Shown: positions 8,500 through 17,227 of the stretch, piece by piece | Position numbering within the stretch: the first letter of the stretch is position 1 | Layout of the letters: the number at the start of each line of letters is the position of its first letter | Virus genome (UHGV): UHGV-0393070 | DNA from: a virus | Direction: 5' to 3' (one strand) | DNA length: 54,012 nt | Position numbers and translations under genes: made by a program | Notes under the pieces: model-generated | Told to the model about the DNA's origin: nothing | The model's database searches: none | The model's input: only the letters and a program-made list of their open reading frames with translations

Positions 8500-9042
8500 A
8501 TGCAGTCACTTGCGTATCAACACAATAACGGAATACACACGGGAGCGATGATAAACCGCGCTCAACCTAAGGCTGCGCCGGACCACGACAAGATCCGTGA
8601 TGCGGTCCGGGCATGGTCGTCGGCGCTGGACAACCAGGACGTGGTATCAGCGCTGATCATCAACGAATACCGGGAGCAGGGCGGGACCGCCATCAGTTTC
8701 CCGGAAGACATCAGCCGGGCGCGCCAGAAGCTGTTTCGCTTCCTGGATAACCGGTTTGATTCGGAGCAGTACCGAGAGAACGTTCGCCAACTGACACCGG
8801 CAATCCTGGCTGTTCTGCCGCTGGAGTTTCGCAATCGCCTTGCACCTCAGAACGACACGATGTCTCTGATTGCCTCTGCAATGAAAGAGTGTGCAGAAGC
8901 AAAGCAGGCCGTTCTGCTGGGCGCTCCAGAGCACCAGAAATTGAAAGAGGTAAGCGAGGGTATAGCTTCGCTGTTCCGCCTCATGCCGGAGCAGGTAGGG
9001 CCGCTGATGACGATGGTGACATCGATGCTGGGGGTTATGTGA
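8500..9042 (+). CDS. CII-like regulatory protein (Phage_CP76-type)
   Basis: It lies between cro and the O gene, the position and size (~180 aa) of CP76-family CII regulators. The C-terminus (..MTMVTSMLGVM) resembles that family from memory. The second ATG (8500) has better RBS spacing than 8494. Confidence 0.5.
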   Translation: MQSLAYQHNNGIHTGAMINRAQPKAAPDHDKIRDAVRAWSSALDNQDVVSALIINEYREQGGTAISFPEDISRARQKLFRFLDNRFDSEQYRENVRQLTPAILAVLPLEFRNRLAPQNDTMSLIASAMKECAEAKQAVLLGAPEHQKLKEVSEGIASLFRLMPEQVGPLMTMVTSMLGVM

Positions 9043-9131
9043 TGGGAAGTCTCAATAAAGGCGAAAGCCGCGCTGTTGGTAGCAGCTACGGCTTTCAAGA
9101 CACTGTGTTACGCCAAGTAACGGGAGTAAGT

Positions 9132-9968
9132 ATGTCAAATACCGCAAAAATTCTCAACTTTCCTGATGTAGTTTCGGGAATACAGGAGCTGCGAGTGGCA
9201 GATCTCGACGATGGGTTTACGCGCATCGCCAATGAGCTCCTTGAGGCTGTCATGCATGCAGGCTTGTCGCAGCATCAGCTTTTGGTGTTCATGGCTGTCA
9301 TGCGCAAAACATACGGCTTCAATAAGAAATCTGACTGGGTCAGTAACGAGCAGATTTCGGAGCTGACCGGCATTCTCCCGCATAAGTGCTCAGCTGCAAA
9401 AAGCGTCCTGGTCAAGCGAGGGATATTAACTCAAACCGGTCGTGTTATCGGGATTAATAAAACGGTCAGCGAATGGTCATCTTTACCTGTAAAAGGTACA
9501 GAAAAAAAACCTTACCTGAAAAAGGTAAATTTACCTGAATCAGGTAAGAAAAGTTTACCCGAATCAGGTAACGGCTATTACCCAAATCAGGTAAACACAA
9601 AAGACAAACATACAAAAGACAATAAAGACAATATTAATAAACCCCCTAAATCCCCCCGGGCGGTTTCGTTCGATGCATCCAGTGTTCAGCTGCCTGACTG
9701 GTTGTCCGTGGTCACCTGGTCTTCATGGGTTGAATACCGTCGTGACCTGAAAAAGCCGATCAAGTCTCAGCAGACCGTAACGCAAGCCATCAATCTGCTC
9801 GACCGCTGCAGGCTGAACGGATACGCGCCAGAAGAAATTATTAACCGAAGCATCGCCAATGGCTGGCAGGGCCTGTTTGAACCTGACGGGCAGGCGAAAC
9901 GCAGTCGCGATTCCGGGCAGGAAGGCCTCCACTGGAACAGCCCGGATGCATGGAGGGATTTCCTGTGA
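9132..9968 (+). CDS. O: Replication initiator protein O (lambda O family) containing the origin iterons
   Basis: The N-terminus MSNTAKILNFPD..VADLDDGFTRIANELLEA..KTYGFNKK..ISELTGI is collinear with lambda O (MTNTAKILNFGR..VADLDDGYARL..). The iteron array and AT-rich tract are internal as in lambda. A GGGAG RBS precedes the ATG at 9132; the upstream extension to 8889 is rejected. Confidence 0.85.
   Translation: MSNTAKILNFPDVVSGIQELRVADLDDGFTRIANELLEAVMHAGLSQHQLLVFMAVMRKTYGFNKKSDWVSNEQISELTGILPHKCSAAKSVLVKRGILTQTGRVIGINKTVSEWSSLPVKGTEKKPYLKKVNLPESGKKSLPESGNGYYPNQVNTKDKHTKDNKDNINKPPKSPRAVSFDASSVQLPDWLSVVTWSSWVEYRRDLKKPIKSQQTVTQAINLLDRCRLNGYAPEEIINRSIANGWQGLFEPDGQAKRSRDSGQEGLHWNSPDAWRDFL
9483..9655. 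repeat. Replication origin: five ~18-bp iterons (9483..9595) followed by an AT-rich unwinding tract (9596..9655)
   Basis: Direct repeats TTACCTGTAAAAGGTACA, TTACCTGAAAAAGGTAAA, TTACCTGAATCAGGTAAG, TTACCCGAATCAGGTAAC and TTACCCAAATCAGGTAAA, each an internal palindrome TACC..GGTA. They sit inside the O reading frame (encoding the LPESGK repeats) and are followed by an A/T-rich stretch. Confidence 0.8.
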
Positions 9969-10744
9969 AACCTGAACTCTACCGCGCAATAAACAATCGG
10001 GATGGCGCAGCGATGGCAAGCATGGCTGGGGGCAACCCTGAGCATAGACGGGTTGTGAATTCAGACGCTGAGCGCCTTGTTGACGCGCTGTTCATGCAGC
10101 TGAAGCAGATTTTCCCGGCAGCAACGCAAACCAACCTCCGATCCGATGCTGACGAGCGAGTGGCTAAGCAGCAGTGGATAGCGGCATTTTCGGAAAACGG
10201 CATCCGCACCCGCGAACAGTTATCCGCCGGCGTGCGCCATGCAAGAGCCAGTGAGTCGCCGTTCTGGCCATCGCCGGGCCAGTTCATCAAGTGGTGCAAG
10301 GACAGCGGCACAGTCCTCGGTATCAAGCTGGCTGATGTGATGGGTGAATTTCAACGTTACAACCGCGAGAAGGGGCTTCACACCGGAGGCGCGGAACGCT
10401 TCCCCTGGTCTCACCCGGTCATGTACTGGATTGTCACCGATACCCGGCGGGCAATGTATCAGCGACAACTCAGCGAGGCGGAAACCGAGAAATATGCCGC
10501 CAAAAAGCTGGAAGACTGGGCGCTTAAAGTCGCCGCCGGAGAGCAAATACCTTCACCGGTACTGGCGCTGGAGAACAACCAGGAAGCTATCCCGACAAAC
10601 CATGTCAGTCGCCAGCAGGGTTTTCATCCGGAAGGCAAAAGCTTCGGCTGCATGCCTGGCGCCGCATCACTCGGCGCGTTAACCCCAGCTCAGTGGCTGC
10701 GGGACGAATACCTGATTGGCAAAGAAAAGGGGCTGATTCAATGA
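9965..10744 (+). CDS. P: Replication protein P (DnaB helicase loader, lambda P family)
   Basis: Collinear similarity to lambda P (e.g. SPFWPSPGQFIKWC versus PFLPSPGQFVAWC). A GTG start at 9965 is preceded by a GGAGGG RBS and overlaps the O stop (GTGA). Confidence 0.85.
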   Translation: MKPELYRAINNRDGAAMASMAGGNPEHRRVVNSDAERLVDALFMQLKQIFPAATQTNLRSDADERVAKQQWIAAFSENGIRTREQLSAGVRHARASESPFWPSPGQFIKWCKDSGTVLGIKLADVMGEFQRYNREKGLHTGGAERFPWSHPVMYWIVTDTRRAMYQRQLSEAETEKYAAKKLEDWALKVAAGEQIPSPVLALENNQEAIPTNHVSRQQGFHPEGKSFGCMPGAASLGALTPAQWLRDEYLIGKEKGLIQ

Positions 10745-10872
10745 AACGTATATCCGGAACTCAAATCGTCATCAATTTTATCGGCAGCAATCCCGGTTGC
10801 ACTTTTTCAGAGATCCGCACCGGAACGGGCCTGGACTCTTCTGTCGGTATCGTTTATGGAGCGTTTTAGCCC
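10741..10872 (+). CDS. Small hypothetical ORF (43 aa) coupled to the P stop
   Basis: MKRISGTQIVINFIGSNPGCTF.. has an ATG overlapping the P TGA (ATGA). It occupies the ren position. Not in the supplied track. Confidence 0.25.
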
Positions 10873-10897
10873 CCGCCCGCCAGTACTGGCGAGGGTT
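10868..10897 (+). terminator. Rho-independent terminator after the replication operon
   Basis: CCCGCCAG-TAC-TGGCGAGGG hairpin followed by TTTTC. Confidence 0.5.
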
Positions 10898-11088
10898 TTC
10901 ATATTTCATGCATGTGCATGAAAACCACTACACAAAGCGGGCAGGCGTGGCGGGGATACGAGCGCGCGCAAGATATTTCAACTGCAAGCAATTTCATGTT
11001 AACGTACACTCATAATTAAGGTCGATTTGAATGACGGCCGGACAGATGCGGCCGTAGTAATTCATATACTAATGACAGTGGATGGATC

Positions 11089-12069
11089 ATGAAGGAATCT
11101 TTTAGCGCTTCATTAATTATTCAAGGTAAGCACAAATTTTACAGCCTAACGTTGCCAATTGATGTTATCGCTGGTTGTTGTTCACCAAACCCTCGTTCTG
11201 AAGATCCACAAGATGGATTTCAACGGAGCTTGGATGAAACAAGGGCAGAGTCGATTGCAAATTATATTATTAACGGTGGGGTAATTCCCTCTAGTATTAT
11301 ATTGTCTGCGCAACCATCTTCTGAGTTTGAATATAATAGTAAAAAGAAGACGTTAAGTTTCAAAAATGATGTAAAATCATTTCTCATTATAGATGGGCAA
11401 CATCGTGCTTATGGGTTTAGAAAACTATATGAACAAGGTTTTGATGATAGGAAATTACGAATTCCTGTAGTGATTTTCTCTGAGCTAAATCCTATAGATG
11501 AAGCAAGATTGTTTATTGATGTTAACACGCTTCAAAAACCTGTCCCAAAAGAATTGCTTTTGGATATAAAGAAATTAGCTGAAACAGAAAATGCAGAAGA
11601 AGAGCTTTTAGACTTAATATTTACTTTGTTTGAAAGCAATTCCACTAGCGCTCTTGCTGGGAAGTTGTCTCGTTTTGAGAAAAAAAGACACTTTATTTCA
11701 AAAGTTACTTTTTATGAGGCATTTAAGCTTATATTGAGGTCTTTCGATATTTCAAGCCCTCAACGCCTGTTTGAGATTGTAAATGCGTATTTATTTGCTG
11801 CACAAGATCTGCTCAACTCTCAGGGAGTTAATTTCGATGAGGTAATCATTAAACCTACTTCCTTCAAAATTCTAGTAGGGCATAGTAAAGCTGTAATTGC
11901 TATGATATTTGACAACTCACCAGAATCTTCGAGTTTAATTAGCGAGCACAAAAAATATCTCAAGCGGAGTCTTAATGGAAATATAGCTACGGTTTTAAAT
12001 AATAGGGCCACAGTAAAAGCAATAGAATTACTAGACAACAAGTTGTTAAAAAGAAATATTGTAATATGA
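11089..12069 (+). CDS. DGQHR-domain protein (DndB-like, ParB/Srx nuclease-fold superfamily)
   Basis: A 326-aa protein carrying the diagnostic IIDGQHRAYG motif and a PVVIF..DVN..QKP region typical of DndB/DGQHR-family proteins. It is visibly AT-rich relative to the phage backbone and is the first gene of a two-gene operon (ATGA overlap with the next gene). Confidence 0.7.
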   Translation: MKESFSASLIIQGKHKFYSLTLPIDVIAGCCSPNPRSEDPQDGFQRSLDETRAESIANYIINGGVIPSSIILSAQPSSEFEYNSKKKTLSFKNDVKSFLIIDGQHRAYGFRKLYEQGFDDRKLRIPVVIFSELNPIDEARLFIDVNTLQKPVPKELLLDIKKLAETENAEEELLDLIFTLFESNSTSALAGKLSRFEKKRHFISKVTFYEAFKLILRSFDISSPQRLFEIVNAYLFAAQDLLNSQGVNFDEVIIKPTSFKILVGHSKAVIAMIFDNSPESSSLISEHKKYLKRSLNGNIATVLNNRATVKAIELLDNKLLKRNIVI

Positions 12070-12998
12070 CAAATCTAGTAAAAATAGAACGTTTGTTTAA
12101 GCAATTAACTTGCCCCTCGATTTTAGGGGCTGGTAAGATTGCACACGGAAGAGCAATTGAAAAGCTGGATGATTTAAATTTTACATTGACAAATGTTGTT
12201 CCACCTCCACACCAAAAGATTTCTCTGCGAATGATTGATTCCAAAGAGTTTGCTTATTATATGGCGGGGGAAGCCAATAGGTTTTTTCTCGCATCAATGG
12301 TATCTTGGAACAGGTCACAGTCTGAAGAAAACGAAAATTTATCATGGCAAGTTGTTGAGCATTATTATTCTGCATATTACGCAGTACATTACCTCATCCG
12401 TATTGCAGGGTTAAGTTTAACAAACGTTGATAAGCCGACATTACGCACTATTCTTAGGTCAAATATGACTGGGAATGTATTTAATAATCTAGAAAGTGGT
12501 CTGAATTTAATGCGCTATGATAGCGCATGCGAAAATATTACTCTTGAAAAAAAAGATAAAAAAGGAGGATCTCATATTGATGCTTGGGCATCATGGGTTT
12601 CTGTTGTGGAACGGCTTATTTTAGAAACTAATGCTGATATTCAAGAATATGCTGAAACAGCAGTTTCCTTATCAGAACATTTAGGTTTTATAAAAAGAGC
12701 AAACGATACATTTAGCCCAACAGTAATAAGAAATGAGGTGAACTATCAATTTTCTAATAACGCTTGGTGTTTTGATGGTTTAACTAAGGAGAAAATAAGG
12801 CGAGTTAGAAAAGTAATTAATGAAAACAGCCTTTTGTTGAGAAATAACGGAGATATGCTTGAAAGTTTAATTTGTAATAATAACCTGATAATCTCATTGG
12901 CAAAGAAAGTATTTAAGTCAGCATCAGAAAATAATTCTAAGAGTATTTGTAGGCTGTTGCTAACTAAATATAAGCAAAAAATACCCACTCTGGTGTGA
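12066..12998 (+). CDS. Hypothetical protein (310 aa), translationally coupled partner of the DGQHR protein
   Basis: Its ATG overlaps the stop of the DGQHR gene, and it shares the same AT-rich composition. I recognise no catalytic motif; the product is Asn/Ser/Leu-rich. Confidence 0.5.
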   Translation: MTNLVKIERLFKQLTCPSILGAGKIAHGRAIEKLDDLNFTLTNVVPPPHQKISLRMIDSKEFAYYMAGEANRFFLASMVSWNRSQSEENENLSWQVVEHYYSAYYAVHYLIRIAGLSLTNVDKPTLRTILRSNMTGNVFNNLESGLNLMRYDSACENITLEKKDKKGGSHIDAWASWVSVVERLILETNADIQEYAETAVSLSEHLGFIKRANDTFSPTVIRNEVNYQFSNNAWCFDGLTKEKIRRVRKVINENSLLLRNNGDMLESLICNNNLIISLAKKVFKSASENNSKSICRLLLTKYKQKIPTLV

Positions 12999-13030
12999 GA
13001 GGGGCAAGCCCTCTCTTTTATTTATTCAAA
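12996..13030. terminator. Bidirectional rho-independent terminator
   Basis: GAGAGGGGCAAGCCCTCTC hairpin followed by TTTTATTTATT. It sits between the convergent 12066..12998 (+) gene and the 13022.. (-) ORF. Confidence 0.6.
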
Positions 13031-13575
13031 ATAATATGTCGAAAAATGTAAGATATCATCACCTAACCAGTCGTTAAATTCTTGTATCCTTTTTTGTAAA
13101 GGGAGTAGTTCGTTACGAACAAATACTTTGCTCGCCTTTTCAATATCGCCAAAACCACCAACATTATTCGGCATAATCCCCATCATCTGCGGTGGTACAC
13201 GATGTGCTGCCTTCATGTCATCCTGGCTCACGTTTTTGATATTCAGAAACTCATCCTTTGCCGCCACCTCTGACAATGGGATGATCTGGATGCTGTCTTT
13301 TTTCCCGTTGGGGGAGTACATAAATAGATTTCGGAGGTTGCCTGGCTCTTTGGCGCTTTCATCGCATGGCGGATGTTGTTCTCGACCTCTTGGTTCTGCG
13401 CGGCATCGGTAATGTACATGAGGAAACCAGCATGGCTGCCGTTTATGTAATACTTCCCTCTGAAAATTCCGTATGCCTGGATACCTGTATGAGTGCAGAT
13501 GTTGGAGAAGGGCATAGACATCCTGGTAGCTAAAGAGTTATTGGACCTAGCTGTTGGTGAAGGAAAGTTGGCCAT
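13022..13575 (-). pseudogene. Remnant of a phage portal protein gene (C-terminal part, frameshifted)
   Basis: Two overlapping minus-strand ORFs in different frames (13243..13575 and 13022..13321) together read like the C-terminal third of a Phage_portal-family protein (..KYYINGSHAGFLMYITDAAQNQEVENNIRHAMK.. / ..PNGKKDSIQIIPLSEVAAKDEFLNIKNVSQDDMKAAHRVPPQMMGIMPNNVGGFGD..). There is no N-terminal part or start context, and the locus is far from the structural module. Confidence 0.5.
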
Positions 13576-13740
13576 GTACGGTATGAAGATGGCGAATGGC
13601 GTATCTATGGGGTCTCATAAGTGCCAACCCACTCAAAGCCGCGCAGTAAATGACGTGGACCAACGGCATTTGTAAATTTTATGAGTGTGGGATTTAGTGC
13701 AATATAGACTTTGAAATCGACAACCTGAACGAGGTAATTT

Positions 13741-14076
13741 ATGTTTACATCTGATAAGTATGACTTCATTACTTTTGGCGGATGCCGTGATGGTTCCATT
13801 AAGAATGGAGAATATGAAAAATTTAAAGAGCTCGATTCTGATGGTCATGCGGGACGCACGATGCTATACGCAAAACCTTTAGTCACGCACAGAGATCCAA
13901 CCTCACATAAAAAGGTAGAGCCAATTACCCTTGAGGAATTTTTGGTTAAAGAGCATTTATCGGTTAATGGTAATACATACCTCATAGCAACTTATGGGGA
14001 TGTTGAACCATTAGATGATGAGAGGATTGAGCAGCTAATTTCCGTGTGGGACCCACAGCCATACGTTTGTCTCTAG
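13741..14076 (+). CDS. Hypothetical protein (111 aa)
   Basis: An AT-rich ORF in the accessory island, followed by a hairpin plus T-run (14097..14124). No motif recognised. Confidence 0.4.
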   Translation: MFTSDKYDFITFGGCRDGSIKNGEYEKFKELDSDGHAGRTMLYAKPLVTHRDPTSHKKVEPITLEEFLVKEHLSVNGNTYLIATYGDVEPLDDERIEQLISVWDPQPYVCL

Positions 14077-14127
14077 ATAGTGTTTTGTTAGCAAGCTACA
14101 ATCCCCTCCACAGCAGAGGGGATTTTT

Positions 14128-14385
14128 ATGTCGAATTGGAACATTGCAGCCAAACCGAAAGACGAACAGGACAAGGTTAACGTTGACCTTGCGGCCTCCG
14201 GCGTCGCGTACAAAGAACGACTGAACATGCCGGTCATCGCTGAAGTGGTCGCCAGAGAGCAGCCAGAACACCTGCGCGAATACTTCATGGAGCGCGTCCG
14301 CTACTACCGCGAGCAGAGCATCCAGCTCCCCAAAGCATCCGACCCACGATACATCGAAATGGCAGAATTAAATGCAAGAAAATGA
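14128..14385 (+). CDS. Hypothetical small protein (85 aa)
   Basis: A GC-rich ORF with backbone-like composition, directly after the terminator-like hairpin. Its 3' end overlaps the next gene by 14 nt. Confidence 0.4.
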   Translation: MSNWNIAAKPKDEQDKVNVDLAASGVAYKERLNMPVIAEVVAREQPEHLREYFMERVRYYREQSIQLPKASDPRYIEMAELNARK

Positions 14386-14962
14386 CATCAAGGATCAGCA
14401 GGAATCTGAAATACAGGCTTTCGATTTTTCAAAGGAATTTGACGCTCTGATAAATGCAAAAGGAAAGATTACCACTTCCATGCTAACGGCGGTTAATCGC
14501 TACTTTTTGTACTTTTCTTTCTTTGAGTCTTTGCTTCTTGGGTGCTCTGGAGGGCAAAAGAAAAGTTCTGACTATGCAAAGGCTCTCATGGAAAGAGGGG
14601 TTTATGATGAAAGTATAATTAGATCAACATTTAGCGTGTTTGCAGATAGATACCTTACTGATCGGCGTAGGTATGAGAGTCTTTGTGGTGAAGATAGGCA
14701 TACACGCCCAGATACCAAAGAAAAATATTACGGCGTTATGTGTGCGAAAGCAGATGATCTTGTTACTCAGTTTGAATTATGTTTATTTGTCTGCTTCAGA
14801 CTGCGGAACAATCTTTTCCATGGGCCAAAGTGGAGATATTTCCTTGATGGGCAAGAAGAACTACTCTTGACTGCCGGAACTTTTATACATTCGATTCTTG
14901 ATAAAGCCCCCAGAAGTGAAGAAGGTTGGGAGTTTCAGGATATTTTGTCGCCAACAGAATAG
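14372..14962 (+). CDS. Hypothetical protein with a C-terminal HEPN-like Rx4H motif (196 aa)
   Basis: AT-rich composition. The motif [10 protein letters not shown] (R-x4-H) near the C-terminus matches the HEPN RNase signature style. The overlapping start with the upstream small gene suggests coupling. Confidence 0.35.
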   Translation: MQENDIKDQQESEIQAFDFSKEFDALINAKGKITTSMLTAVNRYFLYFSFFESLLLGCSGGQKKSSDYAKALMERGVYDESIIRSTFSVFADRYLTDRRRYESLCGEDRHTRPDTKEKYYGVMCAKADDLVTQFELCLFVCFRLRNNLFHGPKWRYFLDGQEELLLTAGTFIHSILDKAPRSEEGWEFQDILSPTE

Positions 14963-15141
14963 TTTTGATTTTCCTTTATCAACCAGCCATAATCATGTCA
15001 TCGGAGCCTGAACAACTCCGGTGACTTCTGCGCATTTAAGGGGACTTAAATGCGACCACAATCTGAACTCCTCACCTTGTCACAGATGCAGAAATGCACC
15101 TGCGATTTTCTGTATTCTGCGGTTTCCGTTAAGGGGGCCGT

Positions 15142-15597
15142 ATGACTCTGCCAGTAGACGGCATCAAACTCCATCGCGGCAACTTCGCGGCCATAGGCCA
15201 GCAGATTCAGCCGTTGCTGGATGCCGGGCAATGCTTCCGCCTGCAGGTTAAGCCCTGGCGCGAGAAGCGCAGCCTGTCGCAGAATGCGCTCAGTCACATG
15301 TGGTACACGGAAATCAGCGAATACCTGATTAACTCTGGACGTACTGACGCAACCCCTGAGTGGGTTAAACGCAACCTCAAAAAGACCTACCTCGGATGCG
15401 AAGAGGTGACCTACACCGACTTCATCACCGGTGAGAAAACCACCACCTGGGAGCCTCGCCACACTGGCGACCTTGATACCGGTGAAATGCATATCTTCCT
15501 GCTGAAGGTTGAAATGTGGTGCGCTCAGTTCGGTCTGGCCCTGACTATCCCGAACGGTTGTGAATACCAGCAGCTGCGCGATAAGCAGGAGGCATGA
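15142..15597 (+). CDS. ninB: NinB (Orf-family recombination mediator)
   Basis: A 151-aa protein with KRSLSQNALSHMWY.. similar in architecture to lambda NinB (..RNRSLDQNRKLWA..). It is the first gene of the nin region after the island. Confidence 0.8.
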   Translation: MTLPVDGIKLHRGNFAAIGQQIQPLLDAGQCFRLQVKPWREKRSLSQNALSHMWYTEISEYLINSGRTDATPEWVKRNLKKTYLGCEEVTYTDFITGEKTTTWEPRHTGDLDTGEMHIFLLKVEMWCAQFGLALTIPNGCEYQQLRDKQEA

Positions 15598-15773
15598 TGT
15601 CTACTCCACTTTCCCGCGTCATCACCAACGAAATCTTCCGCGTTCCGGCGCGCCGCCAGCGCAAGCCGGGGGTTAATCCGTCCGACATCCCGACACTGAA
15701 AGACTACACCGCCCGCCTGGTGGATCAGAAATGGCTGCGTCTCGCGGCGAGGAGAGCGCATGGCTAAGTTACC
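15597..15773 (+). CDS. Small hypothetical nin-region protein (58 aa)
   Basis: MSTPLSRVITNEIFRVPARRQRKPGVNPSDIPTLKDYTARLVDQKWLRL.. has a start overlapping the ninB stop and an end overlapping the ninG start. Not in the supplied track. Confidence 0.4.
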
Positions 15774-16404
15774 GCGCCGCAAGTGCGCCCATAAAGCCTG
15801 TCGACAGTGGTTCCATCCGGTGCGAGACGGACAGGTGGTTTGCAGCTTCGATTGCGCCAGCGCGATCGGCAAAGAACAGACCGCAAAAGCCCGAGAAGCC
15901 GCTAAGCAGAAGGAAGCGCTGCGCCAGCGCACCGAAGAGAAGGCAGGCCGCCAGCGGCGCAAGGCCAAGCGCGAATCATTCAAGACTAAAACCCAGTGGG
16001 ACAAAGAGGCCCAATCGGCCTTCAACCGCTACATCCGGATCCGTGATGAGGGAAAGCCGTGCGTCAGTTGCGGCAATCCACTTATCGGCAAAAGCAACTA
16101 CCTGACCGGCAGCGCTATTGACGCCAGTCATTACCGTTCCCGCGGCGCAGCGTCGCACCTTAAATTCAACGTGTTCAACGTTCACTCCGCCTGTACCCGC
16201 TGCAACCGGCAATTGAGCGGAAATGCAGTTGAGTACCGGATTCGCCTTGTTGATCGCATTGGCCTGGAACGCGTAGAGCGCCTTGAGGCTGATAACGAGC
16301 CCCGCCGGTTCGACATTCCCTACCTGCAGCGCATCAAATCCATATTCACCCGCCGAGCCCGAGCGCTGGAGAAGCGCCGCGTCCGCCATCAGGAGGCTGC
16401 ATGA
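15760..16404 (+). CDS. ninG: NinG (Rap-family Holliday-junction-specific endonuclease)
   Basis: Collinear with lambda NinG: RRKCAHKACRQWFHP.. versus RRRCKNDECREWFHP, and KPCVSCGN..DASHYRSRGAA..CTRCNR..SGN versus lambda ..PCISCG..DAGHYRT..CVVCNQ..SGN. Confidence 0.8.
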   Translation: MAKLPRRKCAHKACRQWFHPVRDGQVVCSFDCASAIGKEQTAKAREAAKQKEALRQRTEEKAGRQRRKAKRESFKTKTQWDKEAQSAFNRYIRIRDEGKPCVSCGNPLIGKSNYLTGSAIDASHYRSRGAASHLKFNVFNVHSACTRCNRQLSGNAVEYRIRLVDRIGLERVERLEADNEPRRFDIPYLQRIKSIFTRRARALEKRRVRHQEAA

Positions 16405-16538
16405 GCCGTTACGCTATTGAGCGGATCCGCGACCGCTGGCAAAAGCTCCGCCTGTTCCGGGACCGCGGCACGGTATTAGTTGACTATCGCATTTTGAAGA
16501 ATTTCGTTCGCATCTATCAGACCTTGGGAGAGACAGCA
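16401..16538 (+). CDS. Small hypothetical nin-region protein (45 aa)
   Basis: MSRYAIERIRDRWQKLRLFRDRGTVLVDYRILKNFVRIYQTLGETA is coupled at both ends (ATGA overlaps). Confidence 0.35.
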
Positions 16539-17227
16539 TGACAGCGCAATATTTAGAATTTGTTCGCCAGCAGCTGATAGTGGCCACCGCCGATCTGAGT
16601 GGCGCGACGAAAGGGCAGTTGGTAGCCTTTGCGGAAAACGCGATGTTTGAGGCGACGGCGCGCAGCAGTAAGCGGATGAAGGTAGTCGACCCGGCAACCG
16701 GGAGAATGGTTAAGCCGAGCAATCCGCCGGTACCGGGGAAACAGTCCCGCGCCAAAGGCTCAGCAATCGCCCTCGTTCTGCCAGTTGAGTATTCTACAGC
16801 CAGTTGGCGCCGGGCTTTGCTGTCGTTGGATGAGCATCAAAAAGCCTGGCTGCTCTGGAACTACAGCGACAATATCCGCTGGGAGCACCAGGAGACGATC
16901 ACTCGGTGGGCGTGGGAGCAATTCAGCCAGCAGTTGGCCGGCGTGCGCATTGCAAAGAAAACAGTTGATCGCCTGCGGCAGCTTATCTGGCTGGCTGCCC
17001 AGGATGCGAAAGCGGTGCTGGCAGGGCGCGACCAGTATCAGTACGGTGACCTTGCGGCGATGGTGGGGGTGACGCCTAAGAACTGGTCGGAAACCTTCAC
17101 AGCTCGCTGGGAGGCGATGATAGGCATCTTTATTGGGCTGGATAGTGATGCACTTTTGCAGGTTACGCGATCACGTTCACAACAAAAGGCGACAAATTTA
17201 GATGTAAGTCTTGCAAAACTGGATTAA
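16538..17227 (+). CDS. Putative late-gene antiterminator (Q-like by position), family uncertain
   Basis: A 229-aa protein, the last gene before the lysis cassette (the Q position of lambdoid phages). It has no Cys cluster like lambda/82 Q, so the call rests mainly on position. Confidence 0.4.
   Translation: MTAQYLEFVRQQLIVATADLSGATKGQLVAFAENAMFEATARSSKRMKVVDPATGRMVKPSNPPVPGKQSRAKGSAIALVLPVEYSTASWRRALLSLDEHQKAWLLWNYSDNIRWEHQETITRWAWEQFSQQLAGVRIAKKTVDRLRQLIWLAAQDAKAVLAGRDQYQYGDLAAMVGVTPKNWSETFTARWEAMIGIFIGLDSDALLQVTRSRSQQKATNLDVSLAKLD

Noticed and set aside
8889-9131. Upstream extension of the O gene (ORF track start at 8889)
   Set aside because: It overlaps the CII-like gene in another frame. 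The ATG at 9132 has a GGGAG RBS and aligns with the lambda O N-terminus.
9483-9600. Short direct repeats that could suggest a CRISPR array or minisatellite
   Set aside because: They are 18-bp iterons inside the O reading frame with 1-6 bp spacers. There is no repeat-spacer periodicity of 28-37/30-40 bp and no cas genes. This is the classic lambdoid ori.
10797-11015. 72-aa ORF in the P/DGQHR intergenic region
   Set aside because: It spans a terminator hairpin and the 20-bp palindrome. It is more plausibly regulatory DNA.
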